A DNA stretch of 64,000 nt from Spizellomyces punctatus DAOM BR117 (lineage: Eukaryota), in the NCBI GenBank assembly GCA_000182565.2, contig KQ257466.1. One strand, 5' to 3'. How positions within the stretch are numbered: the stretch's first letter is position 1; each line of letters begins with the position of its first letter. Below are positions 24,363 through 37,900 of this stretch, piece after piece. The translations under genes and the position numbers were made by a program. Under the pieces are notes generated by a model. It made no database searches. It was not told the DNA's origin and saw only the letters and a program-made list of their open reading frames with translations.

Positions 24363-25550
24363 GTATAGTAAGTACTTGCTTAGATGGGTAGTTAGGTAGG
24401 CAGTATGTAGTGTAGACCGTGGATGATCGTGATGGAATCCCTCAGCTTTTTCTTCCAGTTGTTTAGGCCCTGTAGTTCATATCTAATTGGTAGGATGGGC
24501 ATACAATTGGAAACAGTTCCCAAATTATCCTCTTTCTCAAATATAGTTCATGTTCTTTCTCAATACAATTCTCAAAAGTTAAAAAGGGTAGCGGGTCTGC
24601 AGAGTGATGGATTACTGTCATTTCTTTCATATATTGTCTAAACACGCTCAATCTGTACAACGGGAAAAACCAAGGCAACTCTTCGCCATTGATCCCGTTG
24701 TCCCTGTTTCTTGACCTACAATGTACATACATCTCCAGGATCTGTATCCTGTTTCTACAAGTTTGCGAGCGCTCCTGGAGGGCAGGCAGGCAAATGTCCA
24801 GAATCCATCCGGTAGACAGTGGCCATCTTGAACGATTCACAAGCAGAACATAAATCCAAATACGATTCCTCAAAGAGGAGAAAGATACAATGCCTATGAC
24901 GCCCTAGCCATAAAGACAAGATTGGACAGCTGATCGAGAAGATTCACTGGACAATCAGAACGCATTTGCAAAATTCCTGTATTGCCAATAGGGCCTGGAC
25001 ACTCTTTTAGAGTTCTTCGCAAAAACATCGATGCATGACATGTTGCGGCGCCATCAGGAGAAGACCACTTGGGAATGATTCCGGTGCCGACACCAATCAT
25101 CCGCCATGCAATGAAAACTCGATCGCACAAGATTACTAGTAGCGCCTTGTATGAACTATCATACTATTCAAAAGTTCATGCGGACCCTCATCACTACAAA
25201 ATATGTTTTCTGCCTAAATCTCGAGTATTCTGGCAGGCAGCGTTTCTCTGCACCACAAGTAAGCAGGATGCAACAAGCCGTTCGAGTGTCAGAACAACCA
25301 AAGCAAACTCCTGATGTTGTGGGCTCTTCTCATATTCGTCTGCTGCCTTCAATACAAATATTTCAGAATCAATTTCTCGGGACCAACCTCCGAGATGTGG
25401 GCGTAAACAAACTCACATGTTTACCAAGTCACATGCGTGATCGGCATTACATTATACCGCTTGAAACTGGTATGCAAGCATTTCACCATCCCATTTACAT
25501 CATTTTATCCTCATCTACTGTCGCTACATTACCATTAACTTTGAATAATA

Positions 25551-26880
25551 ATGAGTGCAAAGAAGCAAATTCAGGTTGACGTTAACAAGGCCGTCGGCTT
25601 CAAGTACCCTTCCGACAAGGTTTGCATTGTCCTACTTTTTTGAAAACGCGGTAACGCCTAATGACTTTGTCTGGATGGCAGGTCGCTTATAACAGGAGGG
25701 ACTTGCTTTTGTATGCCGCTGGCTTGAATTTGGAAGAACCAAAGTTCACCTACGAGTTGGGTTAGTTGAATTCTCCATCTTATTCATGTTCATATGCAGT
25801 TTCAGTGACCTCGGTTACTTTGTTCAGATAAACAGTTCGCCGCGTTTCCCACCTACCCCCTCGTCCTTCCTCTCAAAGGCCCCACCTCTGATGTAAACTC
25901 CTATGCTGAACGCTCCAACACGGGCGGGGAGATCCCCGGTATGCCCAAGATCGACCTGAACCGCCTTGTGCACGGCGAACAATACCTGGAGCTTTTGGAG
26001 CCTTTACCCGTTCAAGGCGAGTTTACCTTGGATTCAACATTGGCGGGGGTATACGATGCGGGTAAGGGGATGATTATGGATCGGGAAACCTTCCTGGTGG
26101 ATGCGAGTGGAAAAAAGTTGGCCAAGATGATTACGAGTGCTTTTGTGATTGGTTATGGAGGATTTGGGGTGAGTTGATGTTGTTGATGTTGGCGTGTGTG
26201 TTTCTGGGCAGACGTTGACGTTGAGATATTCTCATAGGGGCCTCGCAAACCCAAGCCTTCCAACGTGGTCGATACACCAAAGCGGGCTCCGGATGCAGTA
26301 CATGAATCAAAGACGCACACCAACCAAGCCTTGCTGTACCGTTTGTCTGGGTACGTGCATGTCATCGATCTGAGCGGGTCATGGAATGAATAGCAACTTA
26401 CAGGGATTAATGAATTAGTGACTATAATCCTCTGCACGCTGACCCACGCATTGGCGAGCGTCTTGGCATGAAGGGTGCCATTTTGCATGGATTGTGCACG
26501 GTAAGCCCGTCATGAGTGTGTTTTACGACAAGACCGCCGAGGCTGAACGGTGCTATCACTTGGGAGTAGTACGGGTTTGCTGCAGCTGCTGTTTTGCGCC
26601 ATTTTGCCGACAACAACCCCGTTGCTTTCAAGTCCATTTATGGCCGGTTTGCCTCACCGGTATGTGCTCCGTTGATTTCCTGTATCCTATTATGACCACT
26701 CACGATCCATTGTACGGTCAGGTTTACCCAGGTGAAACCCTCCAAACCCTCATGTGGAAAGCGGGCGAACAGAATGGGCAGGTCACTGTCGCATTCGTGA
26801 CAAAGGTCAAGGAACGAGATGCTGTGGTGATCAGCAATGGAACTGTTGTGCTCGTTCCGGGTGCAAAGAGCAAGTTGTAA
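25551..26880 (+). CDS. Peroxisomal enoyl-CoA hydratase 2 / MaoC-like dehydratase (multi-exon)
   Basis: YNRRDLLLYA, LVHGEQYL, hydratase-2 motif LYRLSGDYNPLHAD, ILHGLCTYG, C-terminal PTS1 -SKL. Confidence 0.93.
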
Positions 26881-27152
26881 AAGTAGCTAGGATATACTGG
26901 TACATTGTCGTAGCCTGGTTGAATCAAGTATGCATCATCACACTCAGGGGTACTTTAGAGATTTATTTTTTACGTTCCGGAAGGGGATACACAACCGGTT
27001 ATATGATGATCTTTCAATAACAAAACACCCTCACGATATACGAAACAAGCATGCTAACAACATCAAAATATCAAAAATTCAAAAATGTACAAACTAGCCC
27101 AGATGCGACAATCGTATGAATGAAACCATTCTCTTCGCCTAAATCCAGATAG

Positions 27153-28055
27153 TTAAGCCCTCATCCCGACCTGCAACATGGTCCGATGGGATTCTTGGAG
27201 CTGTTTTTCGAGAGAAGCAATTCTTGCATTCAGCTCCTTTTCACGTTGCTGAAACGTTGAACGTTCATTTTCCAAGACAGCCACGCGCATCAACAGCTTG
27301 GACTTGTCGCCTTCGAGGTTCGTGACTTGGTGTTCAAGTGTGTCAAGGCGCTCCATCTTGCGCTGGCGGGAGCGACGAGCGGCTTCCGTGTTCTTCATCC
27401 TCTTACGCAAAGTGGGATCAGAGATGTCTTCATCTTCTGCAGCCCGTTTTGCTTCCTTTTTCACGGGCTTCTCATCGATGACGGGGGAATGCGCGTCGGG
27501 GAAAGGAGCTCCCTTTGGAGACAAGGACGACGATGACGACACATCAGTAGAATAAAGCTCGGGTGACGTGATGCTATTCGTGGAGCTCGTCAAACTTGCG
27601 AGCCAGTCATCCAGCGAGTCCTGGTTGTTTGTGTATAGAGTAAAGTCATTTTGGGCGGGGATATCTTGTTGGAGGATGTCTGCGAAGGGGGAATAGCTTC
27701 CAGTGACTGCAATGGGAGAGTTCCAGCTTGTCGCAGGACTGGGGTCTATGAACAGTGATGGGTGTAAGGACTTGGGAATCGACAAGAAACCAGGAGCCGA
27801 CTGGTCGTGCTTACCTTGGTAAATACCTGTAAAGTCGTACAGGCCCGACGCAACAAAAGGGTCCTCTGCCACAAAGCTAGGATCAAAGTAACCGGGTTTC
27901 TGTTGCGGCTGCACTTGCTGCTGCTCCTGCTGCTGCTCCTGCTGCTGCTCCTGCTGCTGCTGTTGTTCTTGTTGGACTTGGAAGGGTTGAGAAATGCCAA
28001 TGGACGGGGAAATGGTCCCGCGTTCAAGGGCTTTAACTGACTTGAAATAGCACAT
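27153..28055 (-). CDS. GCN4: GCN4/CpcA-like bZIP transcription factor, intronless
   Basis: Basic region KRMKNTEAARRSRQRKMER followed by a leucine zipper, with an acidic/Gln-rich N-terminal region. Confidence 0.8.
   Translation of the reverse strand: MCYFKSVKALERGTISPSIGISQPFQVQQEQQQQQEQQQEQQQEQQQVQPQQKPGYFDPSFVAEDPFVASGLYDFTGIYQGKHDQSAPGFLSIPKSLHPSLFIDPSPATSWNSPIAVTGSYSPFADILQQDIPAQNDFTLYTNNQDSLDDWLASLTSSTNSITSPELYSTDVSSSSSLSPKGAPFPDAHSPVIDEKPVKKEAKRAAEDEDISDPTLRKRMKNTEAARRSRQRKMERLDTLEHQVTNLEGDKSKLLMRVAVLENERSTFQQREKELNARIASLEKQLQESHRTMLQVGMRA
27915..27974 (-). repeat. Coding CAG/GAG microsatellite (poly-Q/E)
   Basis: (CTG)n/CTC runs on the + strand encode QQEQQQQQEQQQEQQQEQQQ. Confidence 0.9.
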
Positions 28056-28362
28056 GGTGCGAGATGCTCACGTAGACGTGACGGTATCAGAAACAGATGC
28101 GCGCAAAGAATAAGCTCCGGGGTTTTGACGGAAAGGAGGACGAGTCAACAGAGGCGGAAGGGGAGGAAACCGTCCAGCAGGAAAACCAAAAGTGGGGGCG
28201 GCCAAAAGGCATCGGAAGCAAAAACCCTAACCCAAATGGATGGCATCTAGACCTGGCCTCATCTTACCTTTTATGGTTATATTGCCATGCATTGATTGGT
28301 CAAACGATGGAAAAGTCCACATAATTGTAGATAATAAATATGTCACACAAGGATGAGCATAT

Positions 28363-28371
28363 ATGAGTCAT
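28363..28371. promoter_or_regulatory. Perfect GCN4/AP-1 site ATGAGTCAT upstream of the GCN4-like gene
   Basis: Exact 9-bp consensus about 310 bp upstream of the bZIP ATG, in the promoter shared with the Zn2Cys6 gene. Confidence 0.5.
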
Positions 28372-28961
28372 GATGAGCTATCTCTCGTAGTTTTGGGCAA
28401 AATGCACGCTTCTAAAGTTGATTTGCTGCGCTGGTTGCTGGGAATCGGGCAAACAAGGGAGGATTTAATGAGGTCCTTTTTATAGCGTATCGAAATGCTA
28501 CGGTCGCTAGAATGAGAAGATCGACACCACGTCACTTGCACTCATGTTTAGTACACTTTGCTTATATGTGGACAAGGCAAGGGCTATCGGATCGTACTAG
28601 TAATTGGTACCTTGGGGCCACTGCATCGTTGATCGAACCTTGGGGAGAAAGGGATCATGATAGGGACATGATGATGTGATCCAATGGTACGAATGGGGGG
28701 TGAAAGCCTTTCCAGAAGTTCTCTGGAAGAATGGTGCGTAAATCGTTGGACAAGCCGTTAAAAGCCATAACTGATCATGATGGCAGACCAATGGACCACA
28801 CGTGAATTCATTTGCTTTTCATGGATTACTGTAATTAAATGGAATTTTTTCAACTAATTTTTATCGACATTATGCGGGCCGCATTTTGGTTTGCCTTTGC
28901 CAGCATTTTACTTACGGTTACGTTTGTGGCGATTGATTTGCAACTGTAGCTTTTGGGGTGC

Positions 28962-31596
28962 ATGAACGATTTATCGAGCACTGCTGCTGCACTGAACAAA
29001 GCAGTGGCAGTTTCCCGCACTGAACCCAGGAATGAGCCGGTTGGGCCAAAGGCAAGGACATTGGTGGCGTGTGATGCTTGTCATCGGAGAAAGGTGCGAT
29101 TGACCATTGTGATGCTGCAAGTTGTGTCTGTCCGTCATTGACTCTTCTGGTTTCCAACAGCTCAAGTGCGATGGCCAATCTCCCTGTTCCCGTTGCTTCC
29201 GATCCAATGTGCCATGTACATGGGAACCTTCTCGGGTTAAGCAAGTGGCAGATAGATTTGTCATCGGCAAGCATGCGCCGCGTTGTCCGTTGTCTGTATC
29301 AACGGCCACTGCTGGATCTGCTACAGAGTTAAAGGGGTCTACTGTGGCCGACTACCATCGACAATTGGAACAGAAAGTTGTAGACCTCGAAGCAGAAATT
29401 GCTGTGAGGAACGAACAAGATATCCAGTACAAACCGGTCAAAAGCCAGGGCCCATTGTTGCGCATCGTCGACGAACAACCATTCCAAGTGCCCAATCTTG
29501 GTCAGCGTGGGAACGGATGGACATTGTTTGATTCTCTCGTGTCCCGCGAACCGGATCCGCATATGGTACCTCGGCATCACATTTCTCGCCCAGCCGAGAT
29601 GGTGTACGGAACGATTTTGAACCGTTTGCCTGTATCAGACTCTCAACCAGCCGGGCAGGGCTTGACCGTTCAAGGGGCGTTATCGGCCAGCCCCATTGAG
29701 ACCTACTCGAATTTCTCGCACACCGACCCCACAACACCATTTGCGAATGAGAATGCTGCAGCGAGACATCAGAGTCAACCGCAGAGAGACCAAAGGCAAC
29801 AGCAGGTGAGTGTCATGCCCTATGTTTTGCATTAGCCTAGTTTTGATCATTTATCATATTTGTATCTCTGTGCCGCACAGGGAACACCAGTGTCTGCCAC
29901 CAGTCATGACTCGTCTGAATCAAGCGATGAACAGGCTATCGCCGAACTCCCAGAGCTCTTCTTCAAACATATGCCAGCGATCCTCCCTATAAGCATGTTC
30001 CATCTTCATTCAATCCGGAAAAAGATCGCCGAAGGTACACTCCCTAGGCCTCTGTTGCTCGCCATCCAAACCTGTGCGGCCCCATTTTCAAATCATCCAT
30101 CAATCTTGCGGAACTCTGTGATGCGGTATCTCTCTAGTGAGCCTTTTTATAATGAGGCTAGGCGCGCGGTTTCGAATGCTACTTTGGTCAAAGAGGAGAA
30201 GTCTTTGGAGCTTGTACAGGCGTTGTTACTTCTTGGATGGTTTTCCATGGCCTATGGTAAAGGTATGTAGCTCCAAGCTTCTTTGCACCATTTCTCGCAC
30301 ATCTTGCTGACTCAATGCACGTTACTCACAGTTTCCGCAGGCTGGATGCTTTTATCGATGGGCATGATCATGGCATTGACTATGGGTCTGACACAAGATC
30401 CAGACCAGGTGCCAGATAGCGAGCGTCTGCCAACGTGGATCGACCGCGAAGTCGCTCGGCGCACTTGGTGGTGCGGGGTTGTGCTCGACCGATTTTGCGC
30501 AAGTTGGGCTGACCGACGTCCACTGTACTCTGAAAGAGCTGAAGGATTACGCGGCATTAATCAAGTCGCGTTACCGTGCGACGAACGCTACTGGGTTGAA
30601 ATCGCCGATAAACTCAATGAAGGTGAACTCCTGGATCCGTCCCTCAGAGGAACATTATTCTTTCGACAAACCCTACCCGATGTACCAGACTGGAAGAGTC
30701 CCACTACATTTAAGATCCTCCTTGCAATTGAATTCGAGCATGTCATGGATACCTTCCAGGTCCTACACTCACCAACCACCAGCGGATATACACCAGACGG
30801 TCTGCCATTCGAATACCTACAACATCTTGACAGAACATACGCGACCATTGACAAGCTCTACCGCTCACTTCCTTCCTGGGTCCGAATAGAACCTCAGATA
30901 GACGACAACACACCAGCTGACTGGACAGATCCAACCGAGCTAGAATGGCTCAACATTTATTTTCGAGCAGCTGTAATTGTCATCCATCGCCCACAAATGA
31001 TCGCAGCACTTCAATCGTCCCCCAAAACCGCCATGCATCAGCCTTCTTACCAAATCTGCGTCAAAGCTGCTGACGACGTCACGGTTCTCGTCCGCCGTGT
31101 TATTTGTCGCCTCCCCGGTGGCAAAGAATACCTCGAGTCCCGTCCCTGCGATCGCATTCTCCTCTTGGACCATTTTCACCCTTTTGCAATGTGCTGCAAT
31201 TTTCAGGCGGCGTTGGTCCACGCTCTCACAGCTCACCCCGTCAACGGCAAAGAGCGAAGCGAAAAGAGCATCGAAGCTCTTCGTGTCCACGTCCGCGCGT
31301 ACGCTGCTGTGGAACCTTTTTGTGCACCGACTACGTGGATGAGGGCTGCACTGAAGGGCCTGGTACGCAAAACCGGGTACGGAGTCAATGTGATGGATAG
31401 CGCCCTCGTGGAGGACTTTTACGACGACATACAAACTGAGTGTGCTGAGACACACATTGTGGGCGAGCCACCGGCCACCATTATTAAACCTTTATCGGCG
31501 CATTTACGTATGAATGTGCAAGAGGTGGCTGCCGAAAGTGGATGCTGCCTTTCCAGGGAGACGGTGAAGGAGATTGACCAATTTTTTGGCACCTAG
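28962..31596 (+). CDS. Zn(II)2Cys6 transcription factor with fungal-specific TF domain (introns about 29093-29160, 29805-29880, 30263-30340)
   Basis: ACDACHRRK|LKCDGQSPCSRCFRSNVPC; LELVQALLLL; REVARRTWWCGVVLDR; LPCDE. Confidence 0.93.
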
Positions 31597-31920
31597 CTTG
31601 CGTGCAGTGTCTGTAACTGCTTACTTCTAGGGAACTTTGTACATTGCTTTGCTGATCTGTTCATTGACCTGGTTATATATGTTGGCTGGGTGCAGGAGGA
31701 TGGGGACAGAAGGGACTGTTGTGTCTAGACATTTATTATTTTTTCGGTCTCTTTCATTATGGAATATACTGTATATCGCCTTTGATGTGCATACAGCTCT
31801 GTAGTTGGCCAATAGTCAGTAATCTAGCATTTGTTTATTTAACCAGGCTTTGAAGCAACCGCCTTTTTTCACCAACAATGTACATAGAATGGTATGGCTA
31901 CCCATAGATGCCAACCGCGC

Positions 31921-34900
31921 TTATCCCCCAGAAGCCTGCATAACGACCGGATTTAAGGAATTCTCACGAATGAAATTTCGCCTTGGTGCAAATGGCGGAT
32001 TTCTCTTTCGCGGATGTGTGGACGTTGTTCGCGAAGAGCTGGCGCGGGAGGTCGTGTGGGTGGGCGGAGTACCCGGGGTTATTCCACGGATTTCAAACGT
32101 CCAGGATACGTCCTCGCACTTTCATAGATAAAACAGTGAAATTAGCATTCTCTCATGTTACGGAGAAACGCGCAGACATCAGCAGCAGTAAAATACCTCA
32201 ACAACCAAAACTCCGACGACCGTCTTGCCGTACTCTCTAGCTCTGTATCCTACCACCAACGAATTATCCTTTTCTCCCATCCGTTCCTCGGGTACCAACA
32301 CGCCCGCTTGCGGTAACACAACGAATCCCTTATCTTGTTCCACAAAGTAAGCTTTGAAATGTCTGTCTCGATTCGCCTTACTCGTAATTCGGAAAGAAAC
32401 GCAGGACAGCTTGTTGAGTGTCCCTTCAATTGTAATAGTATCGTCTAGAGACGGTGGATGGGATATCAGTCGTAGAGGTAATCTCCAGAATGAAGACGAC
32501 GGTGTATGCTTCAAGCACAGGTGTAAAGAGTGCGTGAAAGGTCGAGAAGGTGTGTAAATCGCCTTGAATTTTACGATGGTCTCTCCTTCGCCCATCTTAA
32601 CATCCTCCAATCTCATGTTCAATGACTCCCTTGCATCAGATTCGAGAGATTTATCGGTTGGTGCTAAAAGTGGGTTTGGTGTTTCTTCGAAGGCGTAAGT
32701 AAAGTCCATTGGGGAGGGCGCATGAATGGGTATAAAGTCTTTGAGAGTTAGGTCAATGTCCTTGGTGATGGCTTCTCGGGTGCGGGTTTCGAATGTGTAA
32801 GGTGTGAGGGAAATTGTGCGCTCCGGAATTCCCTGCAGGTCAAATTCGTTAATTAGTAGAGTATCGATCCAAAAAAACATACGATCTAAATCATACCTTT
32901 ACAGGGAAAACCCACTTTAACCCTCCTGTTCCTTCCATCGCAACTATAATTTTCATCTCCTTACCCAACATCTTCTCCGGCTTGTACACAAAAGGAATAT
33001 CTAAATCCTCCATTCCGCCCACGTGAACTCGCTTTTGCCGATGTATGAGAGAGAAATCTGGCGTTTCAGCGTCTTGGTCTAGGGTTATTGAGACAGGTAT
33101 TGGATCTACTAGGGGATTTGTGAACGTGATGGACGAGGTTGTGGGTTCATGCAGGAAGGAGGTGATAAATGTTGGATCGTACGAGGTAGGGAGGTGACCT
33201 CGTCCCTGTAGCGTGAGCAAATCAAAATAAGTAATGTACCCAAGGTAGCAAAACGTGACAACGGACACAAACCTCAACCCAAAACACAAAATTCCCAACG
33301 TCAAGACTGACAATTTCCACACTACCCTTTCTCTTCTCTGTCAGCGAACTAGGCCAAAATACCAACTGAATTTCCGTCGCTTCCAGAGGCCCCAAAGAAA
33401 CATTCAGGGACGAGCGACCTTGGGACATCCGAGATGCCGCCTCGCCACGGGTTATACCACCAAGATCGATCGGCGGGTGGTGGAGCGCAAAATCGCGAGT
33501 GTTGGAAAGGGAGATGGCGAGAATAATGGGTCGGTTAAGGGGGTTGACAAGAGGGAGTAGTTGGAACTGCCATATGAGGTGATTGAACAATAAGTGGAAT
33601 CGAAATGGTATAATGAACGAACATGGAAGAACGGATGCACTCACACAGCATTTTCCCAACGCACATGACATCTCCGGCAACTCAACTGGGGGAGCTTCCT
33701 CTGCCTCCAACTTGAGCTGATACCAAAATTCCCCAATCTCCTCATTAAAGAACTTTATGGTACCCGGTGCTTTCATGCGAAGCACTACATCACCAGATCA
33801 CGTACATTAGCTTTCATGTTAATTTCCGCATACTCGGCGTTACGTACTTGGCTCAAAGGAAAGGCTGTACGATAATTCTTCGTTGGACCCAATAGTGACA
33901 TTCTCATCTCCGACGAGTCCGGTGCCCGTTATCTCGGCGGTATAGGTAATCGGATGATCCAAGGGATTTATTAGCGGAATCTCTACTTGAACTGGCTGGC
34001 GCACCGTAGTGGAGACTCGCAGCGTGCCTTCCGGCGGTGGCGCCTGAATTTGAAGCTATCGGCAAGAAAGTAATAGCCGGTTCAAGTTTGTTTTCCAATA
34101 CGGTCAGAAAAGCACTAAGGTGGCGACCTACCGAAACTATATACCAAACAAAACTCTTATCAACCCTATTTGTAAACGTAATGTTTGACACAAATTTCCC
34201 AGAACATCTTGCTGCAATTGTGAGCTCGTATTCAACAGCTTGCCCTGCTCCAATTCGAAGACTTTTAGGACCGCTGGCGTATGGTATGTCAGTCGTAACA
34301 TCGTACTCGGCGTCTTGGTCATGAGGGTTGTGAACTTTGAAACGTTGAGTTACCTAATTCCAGCCAGTGTGACGAACTTCAGGGATGAACTGGTCGGCAC
34401 AAGCGAACTACGCATCGCCCATACCAGATCCCGTGCCTGACACTCTACTTCCCTCCGCTCTTCAGGTAGCGGGTCCATGCCGACGCCCCTCAATTGATAT
34501 AGATGTTTCTGAGCAGTCTGAAGATTTGACAGGGTCAATAGCGCATGCGACTCCCCTGCCTTGGAAGGTGCAAACGTTATGCTGTACGGGGTTGTGCTAT
34601 GTGCGCGAGCGGTTACGGTGTACGGGCCAGTAAACGTCTTTGGTCCTTGGATATGAGCCTATATCATCACTTGTGAGTTATATTGATAGTTTTTTGCGTG
34701 AGTTGGTTGTTGGAGGAAAGACGGTTACCTTGATGGTCCAATCTTCGTCCGTTCTGTTTACAATGGGAATCTCCTGTGACACAGTTTGTCGGGCTGGAAT
34801 GGAAAACTCTAGGGCAGCTCGAGACCCTTCGGAAATTGCCAGTCCATTGACAGTAAAGATGCGGACATCAGAGCTGTCGAGAGAAGTGAGTGTTACTCGG

Positions 34901-37900
34901 CATGAGTATTTTCCAGGACCCTGGCGTAAAGAATTTGGACCGTCAAGCGATGATATCAAAAGATGGAAATACAAATACTTACACGCGGGTTGAAGGTTAT
35001 AGGTAGCTCAGTATAACTTTGTTCAAGGGCGGCAATATGTTTCTTCTCTTTTGACGGATCAATGGCCGGTTTCACAACTATCTCATTCGGTCCGCGGAAG
35101 AAAGGAGAAGAGCATTCCACCTTTCGAGGAAAATTCAGACCACAAGATAAACGTCGAACGCAATAACCAGCTCTACCGGCTCTCATTTAACTCACCTTAA
35201 ATCTTATAGGCCGCCTTGCCACACCAGCTGTTTCCTCTTTGCCTTCTTCTCCCCTCTCCTTTATGCTGCCTTTCGCCTTTGGCGCTCTCGTCTTGGGACT
35301 CCCCAAAAGAAACTGAACAGCTTTTTCTTTTGCCTGATTCACAGGTGCAATTCGAATACCCTTTTCTAATGTATCACCAGCTTTACTTGTCCACAGGAAG
35401 GTTTCCATAGGAGGTGGTGGCAGGCCCCGGCCAATGACTTGGTAGGAAAATTCTCCGGCATTGGGATCGAAAAAATGGAGGATACAGTCATGGGTGCCTA
35501 GCTGTGGTAGAGTCAGAAATCACAATCAACGTCCTTTTGGCAGATAGATAATTGGCTTACTTCGAATGGAAGAAACGTTATTTGAATAGTGGCCAGTTGG
35601 TGGGCTTCCAAAGCAAGTTCGTCGGTACTGGTCCGGAAGGAAGATGGAATTGCCTGTTGTGATGCACCCTGCTCTCCCCAAAAAAACCCCACCATCAAAA
35701 CAAAATCAGGATAAAGAAAAGAAAAAGACGAAAGCACACGCCATACCTTGGTCTGTTTCACCGTAATGGCAAATCTCCCCTTTACATTCAGCGGATTCAC
35801 AACCTCTACATTCACAACTGTGGGAGGAACACCATACATGACCCCATCGATCTTTATAACCCGTTTCGGCGCCGCCTCTTTCACGGCACTCTTCAATTCA
35901 AACACCAGAACACTGCCACTATTCAATCCCATCCTCCTACTCCTTAGCACCAAACTTCCCTGCACGGATCGAAAGAACTTTGAAACAAATTCAATTGAAA
36001 GTGTAGCGGTACCCTTTGGTCCAATGGATATTGCCCCGTTGGTGAGATCGCGTAATAAAAACTCGTCTGACCCTTGCAAGTCGGGGACATAGGTTAGGGA
36101 GCGGAAGGTCGGGTTGACGAGCTCAATGTCCCTTGTGATATGCTCATGGAGAGCTCCGTGGAACTCAACAAGCGATTTTGGTATAAAGTTTGGTAGAATC
36201 TGGTATAAGAACAAAGTGAGGAGGAAGGCGTCCACTCCGTTGCTTTGTCCCTTGGAGATACGCTCAACTGACATACAGCTAGCCGTGCACCCGGGAAGGA
36301 GGTCAAGGAGGGCGTTAGCTACCAGGGAGGCGTTATGGAGAAGTTGTTCGGTTGTTGTTGGATCTGGGTGCAAGGTCGAGAAATGGGTTACAGACATGTT
36401 GGGTAGATGGCTTTGGATGATATATGCGAAGGGCAGGATGCTTTGGAAGTCGGTCGTAAAGTTTTTGAAAGCCTTGGGAGTACCGGTCGACTTTCCAGCA
36501 TGAACCAAGCCAAACATTAATTTTCCTCTCATGTATGCAAGCAACGAAACCCACTACCTTCCAAAAGTGATAAGCAGCCCATCTCAACAACACCCCTTCA
36601 CAATCGGTTCCCTTTGGTGTCCCTTGCCACACCATCTCAGCTTCATCCTTTCCCACCCCGGGCAAGCTTCGAAAGTGCCGCGGCGTAACCAGAAGCGTAA
36701 CATATACCCGAACCACCTGGGCTATTAAGGTGCACCAAGCTTCCTTAGAAATAAGGGGAAAGTGGTGCTCGAGTTTGCGGTTATATTCATGATACTCGTC
36801 GTGGAGGGAGGAGCCCACATCGGTTTTCTAAAGTTTAGAAGTAGGAGAGTCTCAATATAAAGCTTGACATGATTAAAACTGAAGAGCTCACCATCTGCTC
36901 AATCCTCCATTGTATGATCATTTTGTAGTCTTCAAATGTCATTAGAAACTCTGGCTTGACGGCACTCAAAAGGGCCCCCAAACTTGTCAAGTGGGTTAAG
37001 ATATCGCAATACTGTTTATAGAGTGCTTTGGTCCTTTCTTCCGGTGAGCTTCCTAAACAAATTGTTAAATAAAACTAAAGTTACCCGTTGATTGTCTCGT
37101 GCATTTACCTCCCGGAGTCGCAGAGGAAGGAGACGTTGGCGGTTTCTTGCCCGAAAGCGACTGAACCAAATCGGACAATATTTTTCCGTTGGAGGCTGTC
37201 AGCTGCTCCGGAAAAGATCGCCATGGCTAATACACAAATGCCAGTTATTAGCTGGTACAATTTCGCGGTGTTGGATTTCACGACGCTTATTTACCTCCAT
37301 TGCACCCAAATGGTCTTCGAGCCATCTCAAAAGAGTCTCACCAAAATCTGAATAGAACTTATCAACAGATTGCAAGTTTAGTCCGCTTTCCAAGGGAATC
37401 CCGCAGGGTGTTTTGAAAGGACGGGGACCGGTCAATATTCGATTTCTGGAGTTTTGTTGTAAAGCAGTTAGAAGATTAGGACAAATTTCCCTTAACATAG
37501 CAATGCATTACCTCTTTTGATTTTCCGTCAAGTTCTCAACAGGTTTCTTTTCCTCCTTGTTCAACCAGAAAAACGGTTGCAAACTCAACAATGACCCATC
37601 ACTCGTTCCATGAACTGGCAAATAAAATGCACGACGCCCATCATTCGAAAACTCGAATTTCGCCATAAAAGTTGCCGGTTGACCTTCTTGACAAATGAAT
37701 TTCGCTACGATTGTCAACTTTTCTCCATCACTTTTTAGCAATTTTCCTTCAGGGAAGACGAGTTCCACCATTCCGCGTAGTTCTTCAGGAATTGTCTCGC
37801 GAACTTCTGTTCGCTCGCAGCCGTAGTTGATAATAGAGAAAACTGCCATCGCTTCAGTTGCGCGCGGAACAATCGGGAGGAAGAGCTCCGGAGGATCGAA

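Noticed and set aside
24420-25540. Several 70-140 aa ORFs suggesting a pseudogene or TE fragment
   Set aside because: No recognisable motifs, terminal repeats or consistent splice structure.
28223-28233. AAACCCTAACCC telomere-like motif as a telomerase template
   Set aside because: A single short telobox-like motif in a promoter, with no supporting RNA structure.
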